The translations under genes and the position numbers were made by a program. Below are positions 24,899 through 34,544 of a stretch of DNA of 64,000 nucleotides, one piece after another; the stretch's first letter is position 1, and every line of letters starts with the position of its first letter. The notes beneath the pieces were generated by a model, which ran no database searches, was not told where the DNA came from, and worked only from the letters and a program-made list of their open reading frames with translations. Source of the stretch: Candidatus Doudnabacteria bacterium (GTDB lineage: Bacteria > Patescibacteriota > Doudnabacteria > UBA920 > O2-02-FULL-48-8); NCBI GenBank assembly GCA_016186915.1, contig JACPKU010000006.1, positions 249,619 through 313,618 on the forward strand, read 5' to 3'.

Positions 24899-26681
24899 TC
24901 AGATCGATAATTTTTAATTGCAGCTCTTTGTGGCCGTTCCATTCATTACTTTCCAATTCAAACACCGCGTCGAAAGTCTTGTTTGAATTTAGTATATCAG
25001 TTAAAAATCCTTTCCCAAAAGCAATCGCATTAAATTCTTGCCCATCCAGACTGCAGCGCAGTTTCAGATGTTGATTGTCACTGCCGACTTGCCGCGCTTC
25101 AAGCAACTTAAAATTTTTAGCCAAAAACCGAGGCTTGGGATTGCCAACCCCGAACGGCCCGAATTTAGCTAAATATCCATAAATGTCCCAAGTTAAATCC
25201 TGCGCCGCAACTTCACTATCAATATTGATTTCATACGGCTCAGGCGTGTAGCCCGCTACTTCCGCATACTCTAAAAGCTTCTGATAAAACGCCTCAATGT
25301 TTTTACTCTCCAAAGCGAACCCGGCTGCTTGCGCGTGTCCGCCGTATTTTTGCAGCAAATTCTGACAATAATTCAGGGCTTGCACCATATCATAATCATT
25401 TACCGAACGCGCTGATCCGGTCGCCTTCTCTCCGTCTTTTTCTATCACCAGACTCGGCCGATTATACTCCTCTGTAAGTTTGCCCGCCACCAAACCCACC
25501 ACACCTTTCGGCCAATTATCTGAAGCTACCAACAAAATCTTTTTATCAAGCTTGGTTTCTACTTGCGATTTGGCTTCGCTTAAAATCTGTTGTGTGAGGG
25601 TTTGCCGATGTGAATTTAACTCGTCCAATTCTTTCGCTAGCTGTTTGGCTTCGTTATCGTCTTCGGCAACCAACAGTTGAAAAGCAAGGTTGCCATGCTT
25701 GATTCTGCCCGCCGCGTTGATCCTCGGAGCCAATAAAAACCCCAGGGTATAAGTATCAAAGGGTCTTGATTGAGCATCTAATCCAGCAACTTGGATCAAT
25801 GCCTGCAAACCCAGCCAGCGAGTTTTGTTTAAGACCTGCAAACCGAAATGCACCAGCAGGCGATTCTCAGAAGTGAGCGGCTGTAAATCAGCCACCGTGC
25901 CGATAGCCACCAGATCCAATAGCCACTTTTCCCAACCCACGAGAACGCCCTTTGTTAATAACTCCCCCTCTCCCCCTCTTACTCTAAGAGGGGGTTCCTC
26001 TGCAGTTTCGTCCCCCCTTGGAACAAGGGGGGAATGGGGGGGGTTAGATGTCGAAGAGTTTAGATTTCTAAAAAGTGCCTGGACTAACTTATACGCCACC
26101 CCCGCGCCAGTTAAGTACGGAAAGGGATAATTGTCTTGCCTATTTTTAGGGTTTAACAGCGCCAACGCTTCAGGTAATCCGTCCGTAATCTCGTGGTGGT
26201 CGGTAATAATCATATCCACCCCCAACTCTTGAGCCAGCCTGGCTTCTTCCACTGCATTGGTGCCGCAATCAACGGTAATGATTAATTTATTGCCCTCGCT
26301 GGCTAGCTTTTTGATTGCCTCAATGTTCAATCCGTATCCTTCGCTGAATCTGTCAGGAATGTAATAATTCGCCCTCACGCCCAATTTTTTTAAACCCAAA
26401 TAAACCACGGCGCAGGCAGTGATCGCGTCAGCGTCATAATCGGCATAAATGCAGATTGGTTCCTGTTTTTCCACTGCGCCTTGGATCCGGGCCACCGCCT
26501 TTTTCATGTCAGAAAACAAAAAAGGATCCGACAAATTAGCATAATCAGGATTGAAAAAATTCTTAATCTCCCGAGGCTCGGTCATCCCTCGATTGGCCAG
26601 CAGGCGCAAAATCAAAGCCGGATACTCCGGCAATTTTGGGATCAAACTCTCCTCGATTTGTTTCAACTGCCATTTCTTTTG
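24885..26681 (-). CDS. recJ: single-stranded-DNA-specific exonuclease RecJ
   Basis: DHH and DHHA1 domains; likely start is MQKKWQL. It contains an in-frame low-complexity insert encoded by 25925-26040. Confidence 0.85.
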   Translation of the reverse strand, partial: QKKWQLKQIEESLIPKLPEYPALILRLLANRGMTEPREIKNFFNPDYANLSDPFLFSDMKKAVARIQGAVEKQEPICIYADYDADAITACAVVYLGLKKLGVRANYYIPDRFSEGYGLNIEAIKKLASEGNKLIITVDCGTNAVEEARLAQELGVDMIITDHHEITDGLPEALALLNPKNRQDNYPFPYLTGAGVAYKLVQALFRNLNSSTSNPPHSPLVPRGDETAEEPPLRVRGGEGELLTKGVLVGWEKWLLDLVAIGTVADLQPLTSENRLLVHFGLQVLNKTRWLGLQALIQVAGLDAQSRPFDTYTLGFLLAPRINAAGRIKHGNLAFQLLVAEDDNEAKQLAKELDELNSHRQTLTQQILSEAKSQVETKLDKKILLVASDNWPKGVVGLVAGKLTEEYNRPSLVIEKDGEKATGSARSVNDYDMVQALNYCQNLLQKYGGHAQAAGFALESKNIEAFYQKLLEYAEVAGYTPEPYEINIDSEVAAQDLTWDIYGYLAKFGPFGVGNPKPRFLAKNFKLLEARQVGSDNQHLKLRCSLDGQEFNAIAFGKGFLTDILNSNKTFDAVFELESNEWNGHKELQLKIIDLNATQ

Positions 26682-26744
26682 CATACCCGTATTATACCCA
26701 AATACAGCCAAAAACAAAAAAACCTCCTGTTGCTTGCGGAGGTT

Positions 26745-27218
26745 TTAGATATTGGTGTTACCAGGCCTGTCGTCTTCGATCCCGTTCGGCGGAGGTTTAG
26801 GATGAGGAGCATTGTGAGGAACATCGCTCCTGTGAGTTCCTAAAACCGGGTTATCTCCCAACAACTCCTGCACTTGTTTTAAAATCTTCAGAGGATTATC
26901 ATAGCCCTTAATCATAAAATGGGCATTGTACAATTTTTTGGCTTTTTCCCTGTCTTCTTCGCGGCCCAAGTGAGAAAAAATAATTACAGGAATCGCCATC
27001 GTTTCAGTTTTGTCTCGAATCTTTTCGGTTAATTCAAACCCGTCCATCCGGGGCATATCAATGCCGGTAAATACCAAATCAACCGGCTGCTCCTGTAATT
27101 TTTCCCAAGCGTCCTGACCGTCATCAGCAATGATTACCGTAAATCCTGCATCAATAAATACTTGCTGGTAAAGATCACGTTGATAAAAATCATCGTCAAC
27201 TACTAAAATTTTGCTCAT
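26745..27218 (-). CDS. stand-alone response-regulator receiver domain protein
   Basis: LVVDDD...D...KxxxxP pattern; 157 aa. Confidence 0.75.
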   Translation of the reverse strand: MSKILVVDDDFYQRDLYQQVFIDAGFTVIIADDGQDAWEKLQEQPVDLVFTGIDMPRMDGFELTEKIRDKTETMAIPVIIFSHLGREEDREKAKKLYNAHFMIKGYDNPLKILKQVQELLGDNPVLGTHRSDVPHNAPHPKPPPNGIEDDRPGNTNI

Positions 27219-27227
27219 GTTGGTAAC

Positions 27228-28829
27228 TTATTGTTTTAGAAGATGAGGAAGTAAACTAATCCCTGTCATTTCCGTGGGTTTCTCAATACCTAATAATTCT
27301 AGCATAGTCGGGGCGACATCTGAAAGCACGCCAACCGGGATCACGCTTGCCAATGAGGAAATGCCCCCTTCTTTTTGCGACTTTAACTTAAACTGATTAG
27401 CCACTAAAAACACGGGCACGGGATCGGTTGAATGTTCTTTGTTGATGCCGCCGGAGTGAATGTCCAACAGCTCTTCGATATTGCCATGATCAGCCGTAAT
27501 CACAAGGCAAATATCCTGCTCCAGACACGCGGCAACAATTTTTTTTATACACTCATCAATCACTTTCACAGCCTCGATGCAGGCTTGTAAATTCCCGGTA
27601 TGACCGACCATGTCCGCGTTGGCAAAGTTGACCAGAATAAAGCTGTAACCCCCTTTGAGTCTGGTCAGAACCACCTCGGTAACCTTGTGTGCCGACATTT
27701 CAGGTACATCCTGATAGTTTTGATAGTTGGAGCTGGGGGAGGTCACGATCTCCCGTTCTTCCCCGGGATACAGGTTGATCGCGCCGCCATTGAAAAACAC
27801 CGACACGTGCGCGTATTTTTCCGATTCCGCCACATGGAACTGGCGGAGTCCTTTTTTGCTGATTACTTCGGCAAATCCATTAACTATTTCCTGCGGCTTG
27901 AAAGCCACTTGGACATTTAGATCCTTCGCAAACTCAGTGAGGGTCACCATATATAAATTCTTAGGCTGGGAAACACTGCTGCCGAACTTATCGAATCCTT
28001 TGTCAGTCAAGGCTCTCGTGATTTGTAGCGCCCGATCCGGCCGGAAATTAAAATGAATTACAGCGTCATTGTCGGAAATTTTGGCGATCCGCCCGCCTTC
28101 CTGTTCAATCAAGGTCGGCGGAATCATCTCATCAGTAATGTCTTTTTTATAGTTCTCTTCAATCGCGTCTTTGGCGGATTTGGCGTGAGGACCGTCCGCC
28201 AAAACTAACACTTTGTAGGTTTGTTCTGTCAGATTCCAATGTTCGGCCCGATCCATCGCGTAAAATCTGCCAGTCACCGAGGCAATGCTGCCGGTGCCCA
28301 AGCTTGCCATTTTTTTATTTAATCTGTCCAGCGTATCTAAGGCAATCTTCGGCGGCGTATCGCGTCCATCTGTAAAAAAATGGATAAACACGTTTTTTAA
28401 ATTATATTCAGCGCACAAGCCCAGCAAAGCGTAAAGGTGCTCATCGTAGCTGTGCACGCCGCCCGGACTGACCAGACCCATCAAATGCAGGCTGGAATTG
28501 TATTTTTTTGTATGCTCTATCGCCTGCAAAAATTTCTCATTTTTGAAAAAACTTCGGTCCTCAATCGCCAGCGTGATACGAGACAAATCCTGACCCACGA
28601 TCCTGCCCGCCCCCAAATTCAAATGCCCGACCTCGGAGTTGCCCATCTCTCCCCACGGCAGGCCCACTGCCGGCCCAGAAGCCTGCAGGGTGGTGGACGG
28701 ATAATTGGCCACGAGGTGATTCACCGTGGTGGGTTCTGCCAATGTTATGGCGTTCCCTTGAGATGCGGTGGCAATGCCAAACCCGTCCAGCACCACCAGC
28801 ACTATTTTTTTGTAAGGCTCAAAATTCAT
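27228..28829 (-). CDS. gpmI: 2,3-bisphosphoglycerate-independent phosphoglycerate mutase
   Basis: 533 aa with a typical iPGM N-terminus. Confidence 0.9.
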   Translation of the reverse strand: MNFEPYKKIVLVVLDGFGIATASQGNAITLAEPTTVNHLVANYPSTTLQASGPAVGLPWGEMGNSEVGHLNLGAGRIVGQDLSRITLAIEDRSFFKNEKFLQAIEHTKKYNSSLHLMGLVSPGGVHSYDEHLYALLGLCAEYNLKNVFIHFFTDGRDTPPKIALDTLDRLNKKMASLGTGSIASVTGRFYAMDRAEHWNLTEQTYKVLVLADGPHAKSAKDAIEENYKKDITDEMIPPTLIEQEGGRIAKISDNDAVIHFNFRPDRALQITRALTDKGFDKFGSSVSQPKNLYMVTLTEFAKDLNVQVAFKPQEIVNGFAEVISKKGLRQFHVAESEKYAHVSVFFNGGAINLYPGEEREIVTSPSSNYQNYQDVPEMSAHKVTEVVLTRLKGGYSFILVNFANADMVGHTGNLQACIEAVKVIDECIKKIVAACLEQDICLVITADHGNIEELLDIHSGGINKEHSTDPVPVFLVANQFKLKSQKEGGISSLASVIPVGVLSDVAPTMLELLGIEKPTEMTGISLLPHLLKQ

Positions 28830-30082
28830 TTTTGTTTCAATTCTTCTTCGATGGCCAGCAGTCGATTATATTTGGCGATCCGCTCACCGCGGGCAACAGA
28901 GCCGAATTTGACATAATCAGCCCCAACCCCAACCGCAAAATCAGCGATAAAATCATCATTGGTTTCTCCAGACCGATGAGAGGGAATAATTTTGAGATTA
29001 TGGTCTTGCGCCAGTTTAACCGTGGCCAGACTTTCCGTAATTGTCCCCACTTGATTGGGTTTAATAATTATAGCGTTGGCCGCGTTTAATTTGATCCCTT
29101 TTTTCAAGCGCTCCGCCTGCGTGACAAACAAATCATCGCCAACTACCAATAAAGAATCAGAAAGGCGCTTTCGCATTGCACTCCAGCCTTCCCAGTCCTC
29201 TTCATCCAGCGGGTCTTCAATAGCAATGATTGAATATTTATCCGCCCACTCTTTGAGTAATGACACTAACCTTTCGGCGCTTAACGATGTCTGGTCAGCA
29301 GAAAGCACGTATTGCTTATCGCGTTCTTCATATAGATCAGAGGCCGCGACATCAAGCGCCAGATTGTAATCCTTCCCTTTCTCATACCCTTTCAGTCCGG
29401 CGGCGGCTGTAATCAACTCTAAAGCTTGTTGGTTGGATTCTACCTCAGGCGAATAGGCGCCTTCGTTCCCCAAATCTGAATCTAACTTTTTTGCCCGCAA
29501 AACTTTCTTTAAGCTGTTAAAAATCTCTGAAGCCACCCTGACGCTTTCGGCTATCGTGCCAGCGGTTGGTACGACCATGAACTCTTGCACGTTTAGATTG
29601 GTGTCTCCGTGCAGGCCGCCCTCAATGGTCACAAACATCGGTTTAGGCAAGCTGAATTTTTTGTTCTTGTTCAGGCTTCCAATGTATTTATACAAAGGCT
29701 GTTTCTTTACTTTGGCCGCTGCCTTGCAGATTGCGCCAGAAACTCCAAGTATAGCATTTGCTCCCAGCTTAGACTTGTTTTTCGTCCCGTCTAAATCAAT
29801 CATTATTTTATCTAGTTTGTCCTGGGCAAATATATCTTTGCCCTTCAGCTTTTTCGCGATGATCTGATTAACGTTCTCCACCGCCTTGCCGACCCCCAGG
29901 CCAGAATATAAATCGCCGCCATCCCGCAGTTCTAGAGCCTCGTGAGAACCTTTAGACGCCCCGGAAGGCACCCCAAACACGCCCCGGGCACTCCCGGCCT
30001 CAACTGCTACTTCTACGGTCGGATCGCCTCGGGAGTCAAGAATCTGACGGGCTGTTATATTTTTAATTACTGTTTTAGGCAT
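28826..30082 (-). CDS. eno: enolase
   Basis: Likely start is MPKTVIKNITARQILDSRGDPTVEV. Confidence 0.9.
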   Translation of the reverse strand: MPKTVIKNITARQILDSRGDPTVEVAVEAGSARGVFGVPSGASKGSHEALELRDGGDLYSGLGVGKAVENVNQIIAKKLKGKDIFAQDKLDKIMIDLDGTKNKSKLGANAILGVSGAICKAAAKVKKQPLYKYIGSLNKNKKFSLPKPMFVTIEGGLHGDTNLNVQEFMVVPTAGTIAESVRVASEIFNSLKKVLRAKKLDSDLGNEGAYSPEVESNQQALELITAAAGLKGYEKGKDYNLALDVAASDLYEERDKQYVLSADQTSLSAERLVSLLKEWADKYSIIAIEDPLDEEDWEGWSAMRKRLSDSLLVVGDDLFVTQAERLKKGIKLNAANAIIIKPNQVGTITESLATVKLAQDHNLKIIPSHRSGETNDDFIADFAVGVGADYVKFGSVARGERIAKYNRLLAIEEELKQK

Positions 30083-30089
30083 TGAAAAC

Positions 30090-31316
30090 CTATCTTTCCA
30101 GGACCTTAATACCGGGCAAAGTTTTACCTGATAAGAATTCCAGCATGGCGCCGCCGCCCGATGAAATGTGATCAATAAATTCAGAAACCTTGGCCATCCT
30201 GATCATTTCTTCTGTTTCACCGCCACCCACGACGCCAAAAGCGGTCCCTTTTGACCGCGAGGCAAATATTCTGGCTAAACTTAGGGAACCGAAATCAAAT
30301 GGCTTTTTTTCGATCAATCCAAAAGGGCCGCTCCAAACTAAAGTCCTTGCTGGCTTAATATACTCCGCGTACTTTCTAACTGTCTCTGGGCCAATATCCA
30401 TAATCACGTCAGTGGGCTTAACTAGGTCTACTTTGACCGCCCTGATTCTCCCACCCAAAGCCTTGTCTACCACGACGTCAACAGGCAAAACGATTTTTTC
30501 TTTGTGGTTCCGAAGCAAATCTTGAGCCAAATTTACTTCATTCACTTTTGACTTTCCGATCTCGTATCCCTTGGCTTTAAGAAAAGTATTGCCCACGGCG
30601 CCGCCAACTAAAATATAATCAGCTTTTTTGATAAGGTTGTTGATCGTGCCAATCTTATCAACTATTTTCGCTCCACCGATCAAAACAATAAAAGGCGGTT
30701 CGGGATTGTTGATGATTTTATTTAAAGCCTGCATTTCTTTTACCAGCCCTACTCCGGCATATGATGGGAGCCTGGTGGCAACGCCATAGACTGAAGCCTC
30801 TTTGCGGTGATCCACTGAAAACGCATCATTGACAAATATCTCGGCAAATGCAGCAAGCTTTTCGATAAACTCCTCGCTGTTCGCCATTTCTTCTGTATAG
30901 AAACGCAAGTTCTCCAAAAAAAGAATATCTCCTTCTGCAAGCTGCTGGCTCAAATCAGAATAGTCGCGCATGGTAATGTCCGGCTCCAAAAAATTTATGT
31001 GAGGAACAGGATAGCCAGACAGTTTGTCGCGAATCTTAATCACTTTGTAGCCGATTTTTTCACCCAGCTTCAGCGCCACAGGAAAAAGACTTTCGGCTTT
31101 GTCCCAGCCTTCAGGGCGATCCAGGTGAGCGATAATAATCACCTTCGCGCGGTTCTGAATAAGATAATTAAGCGTGGGCATGATATCAGTAATTCTGGAA
31201 TCGTCAGCCACTTCCCATTCCTCGGTGTGAATGTTTTTCTGAAGCGGCACGTCAAACCCCGCGCGCAGTAACACCCTGCGGCCTTTTACATTTACAGATG
31301 TGATTGATTTGATCAT
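30090..31316 (-). CDS. pgk: phosphoglycerate kinase
   Basis: 408 aa. Confidence 0.9.
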   Translation of the reverse strand: MIKSITSVNVKGRRVLLRAGFDVPLQKNIHTEEWEVADDSRITDIMPTLNYLIQNRAKVIIIAHLDRPEGWDKAESLFPVALKLGEKIGYKVIKIRDKLSGYPVPHINFLEPDITMRDYSDLSQQLAEGDILFLENLRFYTEEMANSEEFIEKLAAFAEIFVNDAFSVDHRKEASVYGVATRLPSYAGVGLVKEMQALNKIINNPEPPFIVLIGGAKIVDKIGTINNLIKKADYILVGGAVGNTFLKAKGYEIGKSKVNEVNLAQDLLRNHKEKIVLPVDVVVDKALGGRIRAVKVDLVKPTDVIMDIGPETVRKYAEYIKPARTLVWSGPFGLIEKKPFDFGSLSLARIFASRSKGTAFGVVGGGETEEMIRMAKVSEFIDHISSGGGAMLEFLSGKTLPGIKVLER

Positions 31317-31771
31317 AAATTGGTTTTTACTTGCCTGCCTAATTTTTGCGCCCGCGCCACAATTTCAGCTGCTACATTGTCAATGTCTGATACAAACAAC
31401 ATCGTGTATTTTCCTTGCCCGGTTTTAATAATAATATTCCCACCGTTTCTCATAGTTTGCATTTGCATACCATACACTTCTGAGATTTTCTCAATTTCTA
31501 ATTCATCCAAATTTTTCAAAAGAATAACATTGGACTTGACTAGTAAACGATTAATAACCAGACTGTCGTTGCATAAAATGTAATTGATATGCAACTTTCT
31601 AATAAACCAAAACATCGCTATAAGCCAAAATAATAGTAAAGCTAAAATTTTATAGTCATCACCCTCTTGGTTAGCAAACAAATCATAAAATAATAATCCA
31701 ACGCCCATCAAAGGAAGAATTGCAACAATTAAACTAAGGGGCAGTACTTTCGTTTTTATCTGATAGTTCAT
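31313..31771 (-). CDS. membrane protein with bacterial PH-like domain
   Basis: Two TM helices followed by a bPH-like C-terminus. Confidence 0.45.
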   Translation of the reverse strand: MNYQIKTKVLPLSLIVAILPLMGVGLLFYDLFANQEGDDYKILALLLFWLIAMFWFIRKLHINYILCNDSLVINRLLVKSNVILLKNLDELEIEKISEVYGMQMQTMRNGGNIIIKTGQGKYTMLFVSDIDNVAAEIVARAQKLGRQVKTNL

Positions 31772-31777
31772 TTGCCT

Positions 31778-33193
31778 CTACTCTACATATTCCATTTTAG
31801 ACAACTCAGCTGCTCTAAGATTTTCATAATCTACAATGTCTTCCTCATCTCTTTCATACCCAGGACAAGAACTGTAGTCCGCACTAGCTAATTTTACCAG
31901 TGCATCCTGGGCAAAAGAATAATGGTATAAACTTTTGCCCGAAGTACAAGCATCTCCAGATCCGCCTTCAATCAAAATAACATTACTATTGTAACCTAAA
32001 AGTAAGAACGAATATACGCCTGATTCGGCCAATTGGTAAAAATATTCATACTGCTTTTGATTACTTAGTTTATACAACCTGCAGTCGTCACCGTAAATTC
32101 CACAATCAATCTCGTATAAAGCTTGCGCTCCATTTGGCTCAAAAAATTTAAACGTAGAAAGGATTTGGTCAAAGACAGCAAAATATTTTTCCTTCTGCCC
32201 TTCAGGATACACATATTCTATTTGATAAACAAAACTATCTTTAATCGTCAGCGCGACTGTTTTATAAACCCCCAATTCACCTATCGTGTCTATGCTTACT
32301 GCTTGTCGGCTGTCTATCACAAAAGGGGTCTTATTGGATCGAACTGAATAATCTGACAATAATTGTTCTAAATTATAATTGCTCGTGTTTTGCCATTGAA
32401 ATACGTTTATTTTCGCGCCCGACTCAGGAGGACTGGATTCGCCAAGCAATAAGTCGCTTATCGCGTAATCCGGACTTTTGAAAATAATACTAATGCCCAT
32501 TAGTTGGGTTTCCCAATCATTAGGATACTCCACCTCAAATCCATATTCTTCGTTTCTATAAGTTTGCCAATCGTCGCTATCTTCTATATTTTCCGCCTGC
32601 TTGTTGTTTTGTGGCAGCGCGTTGCTAGAATAATCAGTTTTAGTTTTTTGGTCATACCACCATAGCGCGCTTAACAATGCAACAACAAAAACCAGCAAAA
32701 GCAAATAATTTCTTGTGCTGTGTGTATTCACTGCTTGTGTGGCTTGAACAGCTACTTGCTCTGGCTTTTGCTCTAAGACCGTCTCTGGCTGTTGTGCTGA
32801 AAGCCTTTTAACATTGTGGATTAAATAAAACGGAATGATTATCCAAATCAACAAATAAATAATATTCTGGACACTAACTGTGAAGAATAAAAAGTTATAA
32901 GCAAAACTAATCACTGCTAAAGCCATCATCGCAGTTAGAAACCGGATAATGAAGTTTTGTTTCTCTTGCAAAAACCTATCAAAATTAGAAGCTATATAAA
33001 TAGCAGTGATGGATAGCGCCGCGCCAATGATCGAAAAAATCACGGCGGGAATACTCAAAAGCAGATCAGCGATTTGATCAGATCCTAGTCCAAGATAACT
33101 TGTTAGAATAAAAAGAATGCCTGGAATTTGAATTAATCCAAGAATACCGATAACATACAGATAAATTTTTAGCGACTTGGTTGTTTCTCTCAT
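31778..33193 (-). CDS. polytopic membrane protein with extracytoplasmic WxTYxNEEYGF...ILSTFKF domain (paralog 1 of 3)
   Basis: WQTYRNEEYGFEVEYPNDW ... ILSTFKFF. The domain is shared with 35991..36761 and 44431..44967. Confidence 0.5.
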   Translation of the reverse strand: MRETTKSLKIYLYVIGILGLIQIPGILFILTSYLGLGSDQIADLLLSIPAVIFSIIGAALSITAIYIASNFDRFLQEKQNFIIRFLTAMMALAVISFAYNFLFFTVSVQNIIYLLIWIIIPFYLIHNVKRLSAQQPETVLEQKPEQVAVQATQAVNTHSTRNYLLLLVFVVALLSALWWYDQKTKTDYSSNALPQNNKQAENIEDSDDWQTYRNEEYGFEVEYPNDWETQLMGISIIFKSPDYAISDLLLGESSPPESGAKINVFQWQNTSNYNLEQLLSDYSVRSNKTPFVIDSRQAVSIDTIGELGVYKTVALTIKDSFVYQIEYVYPEGQKEKYFAVFDQILSTFKFFEPNGAQALYEIDCGIYGDDCRLYKLSNQKQYEYFYQLAESGVYSFLLLGYNSNVILIEGGSGDACTSGKSLYHYSFAQDALVKLASADYSSCPGYERDEEDIVDYENLRAAELSKMEYVE

Positions 33194-33200
33194 AATAAAT

Positions 33201-34253
33201 TTATTTCCCCACCAGTACGGCCTGCTCGACTAGCCGGTTTGCGTATCCAAATTCATTGTCATACCAAGCCACGACCTTGACCAAATCGCCATCCACCACT
33301 TGGGTCAAGCTTAAATCAATAATCGAGGAGTGGGGATTGCCGATGATATCCGAAGACACCAAAGGATCCTCGGTCACGCTTAATACGCCTTTCCACAAAG
33401 GTTGTTTGCTGGCATCAATAAATGCTTGATTGACCTGCTCTACTGTGACCTGCTTTTTCAGGAGTGCTGTAAAATCGGACAGTGATCCGACAGGGACCGG
33501 CACTCTAAATGCCATACCGCCAAATATGTCTTTAAGATCCGGTAAAACTTCGGTAGCAGCGATCGTAGCACCTGTGCTGGTGGGGACAATGTTTAACGCA
33601 GCGGCTCGCGCGCGACGCAAATCTTTATGAAGTGGCGGGGGAGGACCGTCCACCAAATTCTGCTCCGCAGTGTAGCCGTGTATCGTGGACATCATCATTT
33701 TTTGAATACCAAACTTGCCCTGCAAAATTGCCACAACTGGCGTAATGCAATTCGTGGTGCAAGAGGCGTTGGAAATGATTTGTTGGTTGCCGTATTTGTC
33801 TGCGTTGACCCCTAAAATAAAAGTTGGAGTAGCTCCTTTGTCTTTGGCCGGCGCAGAGATAATTACTTTTTTTGCTCCAGCTTTCAAATGCGCTCCCGCT
33901 TTCTCAGCTGTTGTAAATCTTCCTGTCGATTCCAGCACCACGTCAATATCCAAATCCTTCCAGGGCAAAGCTGCTGGATCTTTTTCAGCAAAAATAGAAA
34001 ACCTCTTATTATCAACTAATAAGGTTCCCACTGAATACGCCTGGGCATTGGCGCGTTCGTGCTTGGTGTCGAACTTAACCACCTTTGTGTAATTGCCGTA
34101 ATTGGAATCGTATTTCAGAAGATGCGCCAAAACATCCGGCTCGGTAAGGTCATTGATGGCCACCACTTCCAATTCCGGATTGGTCAGAGCAATTTTGAAG
34201 GCTTGGCGCCCTATGCGCCCAAACCCATTTATTGCAATGCGTGTTTTTTCCAT
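33201..34253 (-). CDS. gap: glyceraldehyde-3-phosphate dehydrogenase
   Basis: INGFGRIGR motif; 350 aa. Confidence 0.9.
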   Translation of the reverse strand: MEKTRIAINGFGRIGRQAFKIALTNPELEVVAINDLTEPDVLAHLLKYDSNYGNYTKVVKFDTKHERANAQAYSVGTLLVDNKRFSIFAEKDPAALPWKDLDIDVVLESTGRFTTAEKAGAHLKAGAKKVIISAPAKDKGATPTFILGVNADKYGNQQIISNASCTTNCITPVVAILQGKFGIQKMMMSTIHGYTAEQNLVDGPPPPLHKDLRRARAAALNIVPTSTGATIAATEVLPDLKDIFGGMAFRVPVPVGSLSDFTALLKKQVTVEQVNQAFIDASKQPLWKGVLSVTEDPLVSSDIIGNPHSSIIDLSLTQVVDGDLVKVVAWYDNEFGYANRLVEQAVLVGK

Positions 34254-34282
34254 TAAAATTGCTGCTTAACGCTTAATTAGCT

Positions 34283-34432
34283 TAAGCGAAAACTGAAATA
34301 AATGCCGCGGTAAACAAAGCCCAGACCAGAAACAGCGCAAACTCCCTGTCATCTTTGAACAACAGGTGTTTGTGCAGCCACTTTTCCAGCGGGATTTCTT
34401 TGTGCAGCAAACTTTTCTTTTGTTTTGCCATA
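34283..34432 (-). CDS. possible 49-aa small membrane protein (MAKQKKSLLHKEIPLEKWLHKHLLFKDDREFALFLVWALFTAAFISVFA)
   Basis: Hand-translated minus-strand ORF, below the 60-aa cutoff of the ORF track. Amphipathic N-terminus plus a C-terminal TM; followed by a hairpin. Confidence 0.3.
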
Positions 34433-34544
34433 TTGTTTTTTCTAGAATCAAGCCTAGCTCTTCATGATAGCTCTCTCCCGCAAGCGGGAGGGAGTGTCCC
34501 GCCAAGAGCGGGACGAGAGAGGGCCAAATTCATGTTAATTATTT

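Noticed and set aside
34266-34505. 79-aa minus-strand ORF from the track (MAGHSLPLAGES...).
   Set aside because: It is Cys/Arg-rich nonsense spanning hairpin repeats. The alternative 49-aa frame (34283-34432) has far better protein-like character.
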